This document shows positions 60,444 to 64,000 of a DNA stretch of 64,000 nt, one piece after another. The DNA is taken from NCBI GenBank assembly GCA_963674965.2, contig CAXXFL010000007.1, forward strand, positions 416,001 to 480,000, written 5' to 3'. The translations under genes were made by a program, and so were the position numbers. Source of the stretch: a bacterium (GTDB lineage: Bacteria > RBG-13-61-14 > DATKZS01). The notes beneath the pieces were generated by a model. That model did no database searches. It saw only the letters and a program-made list of their open reading frames with translations, and had not been told where the DNA came from. How positions within the stretch are numbered: position 1 is the first letter of the stretch; each line of letters opens with the position of its first letter.

Positions 60444-61361
60444 TCAGTCGCTCGATGACTTGGACTTGACGACAATCTCGAAGTCGAATTTTTCGACTAC
60501 ACTAGTTTTGCCTTTACCCTTGCCCTTTTTCAGGAACTCGAGCTTAATATCGTCGTATTTGACGTATTCTTCCTCATGCAGCTTCGTGCATCCCTTTTGA
60601 CTCCTGTCGCACTCGGTTTCCTTTTCGGCGCATTTCTGAGTCGCTTCCTGGCAGGCCTGGCTGCTCTTGGACTCCCTGCAGGCGTCCTTTTTGTTGAGGT
60701 CGCAGGCGACTTTGACGTCTTCCTTGCAATCCTTGGCCTGGGCGCACACGTCCCGGTAAAACTTCCTGCAATTCTCGTAGTTCCATTCCCAGTTATTGGT
60801 ATCCTCGTTCCAGGTCCGGCACCTTTCGTTCCTGGTGCGGCATATATCGTCCTTATCCACGTCGGCCAGGGCGTCGTCGCATGGGACCACCGACAGGTTG
60901 CCCATAAACAGGGCCACGGAGTCCTTGTCGTAGCTGCTTCCCCGGATGGTAATGTCTCCGGAGGAACCGCTGCTTTTCTTTCCCTTGCTCTTCCCACCCC
61001 ATTTGATGCTGGTAATCCAGACCTGGTTTCGCGGAACGCTCTCGGTGATCCTGTCCAGGACTTTGATAAAGAAGTCTCTTCCCGTGTCCAGCTTCTCGAT
61101 GGCGTCGAGCTGCTTGTCGAGGATGGCGCTCTTTTTTACCAGTTCCTCGTATTTCTTCTTTGCCTCTCTTAACTTGGCGATCTCCTTCTTGGTGTTGTCG
61201 ATCTCGGCGTTAACCTCGGCTATCTTGTTTTTCTGGTTCAGGTAAAGGACCGTGAGCCCGCCGGCCGCCGCTATGATGATAGCCAGGCCGATGACTATCT
61301 GCTGCATGATCCTTTCTTTTTTCTTGGCCGCTTTTACCGGAAGTAAGTTGATCTTAATCAT
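60444..61361 (-). CDS. pilN: Type IV pilus assembly protein PilN with a Cys-rich insertion
   Basis: MIKINLLP, TM helix, coiled coil, VPRNQVWITSI, VALFMGNL; lies between pilM and pilO. Confidence 0.9.
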   Translation of the reverse strand: MIKINLLPVKAAKKKERIMQQIVIGLAIIIAAAGGLTVLYLNQKNKIAEVNAEIDNTKKEIAKLREAKKKYEELVKKSAILDKQLDAIEKLDTGRDFFIKVLDRITESVPRNQVWITSIKWGGKSKGKKSSGSSGDITIRGSSYDKDSVALFMGNLSVVPCDDALADVDKDDICRTRNERCRTWNEDTNNWEWNYENCRKFYRDVCAQAKDCKEDVKVACDLNKKDACRESKSSQACQEATQKCAEKETECDRSQKGCTKLHEEEYVKYDDIKLEFLKKGKGKGKTSVVEKFDFEIVVKSKSSSD

Positions 61362-62425
61362 CTGTCACCCACCCTTCTCAGCGCAAGACCTATACTTACG
61401 GCGGCTCTGGCCCCGATCTGCTCGAGGTATCCCGGGTCGAAGAGCTTGGGGTTCCTTTCAAGGTTCCTGAAGGGGTCCATGATCTCGACCGGAACGTTCT
61501 GTTTTTGCTGTATGGTCTCGGCGAGCCCGCTCACCCCGGAGCCGCCACCCCCGAGCCAGATTTTGGATATCTGCTCGTCGGCGGCGGTGGCCTGGTAGAA
61601 GTCCAGGCTCTTGGCGATCTCCGAGGCGATCTGGTCGGAAACTCTTCTGATGACCGCCTCGACCTCCTGCCTCATGACCGCCTCGGTGTCCCCGGTGGCC
61701 GAGCCGCCCAGCTTGAGAAGTTCCGCCTCCTCGTAGCTCACCGAGAGCTCCTTCATTATCTCCTCGGTGTAGAGGTTGCCTCCCACCGTCACGTCGCGCG
61801 AGAAAAGGTAGCCCCCGCCCTTGGTTATCACCATGTTGATGATGCTCGAGCCGATGTTCACCAGGGCCAGGACCTCGTTCTCCATGATCTGGTAGTTGAT
61901 CTCGTAGGCGTTGAGCATGGAGAAGGCGTCCAGGTCGACTATGACCGGGACCAGGCCCGCCTCGGTGATCACCGCCACGTAGTCGTTGATCATGTCCTTT
62001 TTGGCGGCCACCAGAAGTATCTCCATGTTCCCCTCGTCGTCCCCCGGGTTCAGAATCTCATAGGCCAGGTTGACGTCCGAGAGGTTGAAGGGAATATACT
62101 GCTCGGCCTCCCATTGTATCTGCTCGTCCAGCTCCTCCTCGGTCATAACGGGAAGCTGTATCTTACGGATCATGACGGAAGCGCCGGAGACCGACGTGGC
62201 GACGTCCTTGGTCTTTATCTTGCGCTCGCTGATGACCGTCTCAATGGCCTCCACGATCGCCGGGGAATTCATTAGGGCGCCATCCACGATCGCCTCGGGA
62301 GGAAGAGGGACCATCCCGAAATTCTCCAGGATGTAACCCTTCTTTGACTCCTTTAGCTCGGATACCTTGATCGAGCTCGTCCCTATATCTAGCCCGATCA
62401 ATCCTTTTTTACCGCCGAATGCCAT
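61358..62425 (-). CDS. pilM: Type IV pilus assembly ATPase-like protein PilM
   Basis: IGLDIGTSSIK, EAEQYIPF, ALVNIGS, LGGGGS, AAVSIGLALR. Confidence 0.96.
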   Translation of the reverse strand: MAFGGKKGLIGLDIGTSSIKVSELKESKKGYILENFGMVPLPPEAIVDGALMNSPAIVEAIETVISERKIKTKDVATSVSGASVMIRKIQLPVMTEEELDEQIQWEAEQYIPFNLSDVNLAYEILNPGDDEGNMEILLVAAKKDMINDYVAVITEAGLVPVIVDLDAFSMLNAYEINYQIMENEVLALVNIGSSIINMVITKGGGYLFSRDVTVGGNLYTEEIMKELSVSYEEAELLKLGGSATGDTEAVMRQEVEAVIRRVSDQIASEIAKSLDFYQATAADEQISKIWLGGGGSGVSGLAETIQQKQNVPVEIMDPFRNLERNPKLFDPGYLEQIGARAAVSIGLALRRVGDR

Positions 62426-62477
62426 CTGCTTCCTCCCTCCGCTTTACCAAAACAGGTAAAAAAAATCAGGGTATTTC

Positions 62478-62750
62478 TCAAACTCTACCCTTTCCGTCCC
62501 TACCTCTTTTGATGCCCGTTTTGCTCTTCCGGCTCCCGTTTTCACCATCTTCATCTTCAAAAAAAACTCGCTGCCGCTCGGTCAAATTGAAACCAAGCGC
62601 CAAAATAATTTTCCGCTTGGTATCCATCCGGCAATTTTCCCCTCTTTCAATTCTATCGATCGTGAGAGGACTTACTCCAGCTTTACGAGCCAGTTCAGCC
62701 TTGCTCATGAGCTGGGCCTCCCTTAAAGACTTGACGTTGTTCTTTCCCAT
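62478..62750 (-). CDS. XRE-family HTH transcriptional regulator
   Basis: LREAQLMSKAELARKAGVSPLTIDRIERG; upstream of pilM; start uncertain (62750 or 62801). Confidence 0.85.
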   Translation of the reverse strand: MGKNNVKSLREAQLMSKAELARKAGVSPLTIDRIERGENCRMDTKRKIILALGFNLTERQRVFFEDEDGENGSRKSKTGIKRGRDGKGRV

Positions 62751-63353
62751 TGATATCTCCCTGAGGCGGATACGCTCAATATAAATAAGGTCATCGTCCA
62801 AAGGTGTCCTCCCTTGATTATAAAGTTTGAAGCAAACCTAATACAATTGTCAAGAACTTTTTATAATTAACTGAAAATTTTATATAATTTAATATAATTT
62901 ATGTCAGATGTTGTGTAAGTAAAATAAAGGTGCACTATATCTAGAGATTAATTTGTCTAAATAATTTAACCGTTTATATCAATTAAGGCGCGTTCGGGAC
63001 GACAATGACGGACCATCCAGATTGTATGGCATTGTTTTATATAGGTATTTTCAACCAATACGCCGGCGAGGCCAACGATGGCGCCAAAAATCAGGCCTTT
63101 GAAAAGTTCCCAAAATCTCCATCAAATTTACAATCCCATGCATGATCGAAAACAAAAGACGCGAGAGGCAATAAACAGTCTAAGTAATCATTATTTAATG
63201 TTTAATCATTTATTTTGCAAAATCGGCTATAATAGAGATGACGCCAACTGTGAAAATATCGACATAATAACATTTTTGGTTTTTCCGCGCCCATGCACAA
63301 TATGCTGGCAATATTTTTCCATCCATGATAAAGAAGAAGAAGGAAGGATATTT

Positions 63354-64000
63354 GTGTTGATCGAGGGAAAAGATTTAAGTTTCAACCGATCGGATTTAAG
63401 AAAAATCCTGGCCCTTGTCTTTATCATGGTCCCCATCGTCCTTTTATGGAACACTCCCGTCGTGTATCCGCTTAAAATACTTGTGGTTTTCTTCCACGAG
63501 ATTTCCCATGGACTGGCCTCGATATTAACGGGCGGCAAGATGATTACCATCGAGCTCAGCCACCACCAGGGAGGGGCCTGCATGACCCTGGGAGGAAACC
63601 GTTTCATAATACTTTCAGCCGGTTACCTTGGCAGCCTGCTTTGGGGAGGGATCATCCTGACCGCCGCCGCCAGGACAAGGTTCGATAGGGCCATCACCGC
63701 CCTGTTGGGCGCCTCGATCGTCATCGTGGGAATTCTTTACGTCCGTCCGATCATCGGGTTCGGCTTTGCCTTCTCCTTGATAATAGGCGCCAGCCTTGTG
63801 GCCTTTGCCCGCTACCTCCCCGAGGCGGCCAACGACGTTCTGCTGAAAGTTATCGGACTTACCTCATGCCTTTACGCGGTCCTGGATATAGTATCCGACG
63901 GAATATCGCGCGATATTCCCATGTCCGACGCCAACGCCCTGGGCGATATGATATTCCTGCCCGGATGGCTGGTGTCCATAGTCTGGCTCATCGTGGCCAT
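63354..64000 (+). CDS. M50B-like membrane metallopeptidase, partial (runs off the window end)
   Basis: Manual translation: ...WNTPVVYPLKILVVFFHEISHGLASILTGG...SAGYLG...SDA; HExxH motif; GTG/TTG start after AAGGAAGG; absent from the ORF track because it has no stop in the window. Confidence 0.8.
   Translation, partial: MLIEGKDLSFNRSDLRKILALVFIMVPIVLLWNTPVVYPLKILVVFFHEISHGLASILTGGKMITIELSHHQGGACMTLGGNRFIILSAGYLGSLLWGGIILTAAARTRFDRAITALLGASIVIVGILYVRPIIGFGFAFSLIIGASLVAFARYLPEAANDVLLKVIGLTSCLYAVLDIVSDGISRDIPMSDANALGDMIFLPGWLVSIVWLIVA

Noticed and set aside
60570-60890. Multiheme cytochrome or Fe-S domain in the PilN insert
   Set aside because: No CxxCH or CxxCxxC motifs; periplasmic location favours disulfides
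62802-63350. AT-rich stretch as a foreign insertion, and ORF 63227-63607 (-)
   Set aside because: It is the divergent promoter region between the HTH-pil operon and the M50 peptidase; the minus-strand ORF is antisense to the peptidase

Overview
GC-rich (about 60%) bacterial chromosomal segment, most like a deltaproteobacterial lineage (Desulfobacterota/Myxococcota-like) judging by the PilA sequence and the HTH-pilMNOPQ-TPR-roadblock-aroQ order. The housekeeping backbone is purA, serA, a class V aminotransferase, argG, cysS-ispF-ispD, gltA and aroQ, plus type IV pilus genes, two GT-C membrane glycosyltransferases and an orphan TaqI/Eco57I-like adenine methyltransferase. About 40% of the window is three giant secreted, acidic repeat proteins (about 2456, 1718 and 4359 aa), each at a separate site between housekeeping genes. 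Their passenger regions differ (LVIVD propellers in two; C-type lectin, propellers and a clan CD/C13 peptidase in the third), but all three end in the same ~260-aa module: a dockerin-like duplicated motif, an Ig/cohesin-like beta domain and a C-x(7,8)-GKGRYC tail. This is the best candidate for an undescribed surface-display or sorting system. Two of the genes also share a near-identical REP/REPIN-like hairpin cluster after the stop codon. Other oddities are a 12-Cys insertion in PilN, an apparent strong excess of CTCGAG, and a structured intergenic region at about 866-1060. No rRNA, tRNA, CRISPR array or transposase was recognised. All calls come from reading the sequence and from motif recall; no searches were run.
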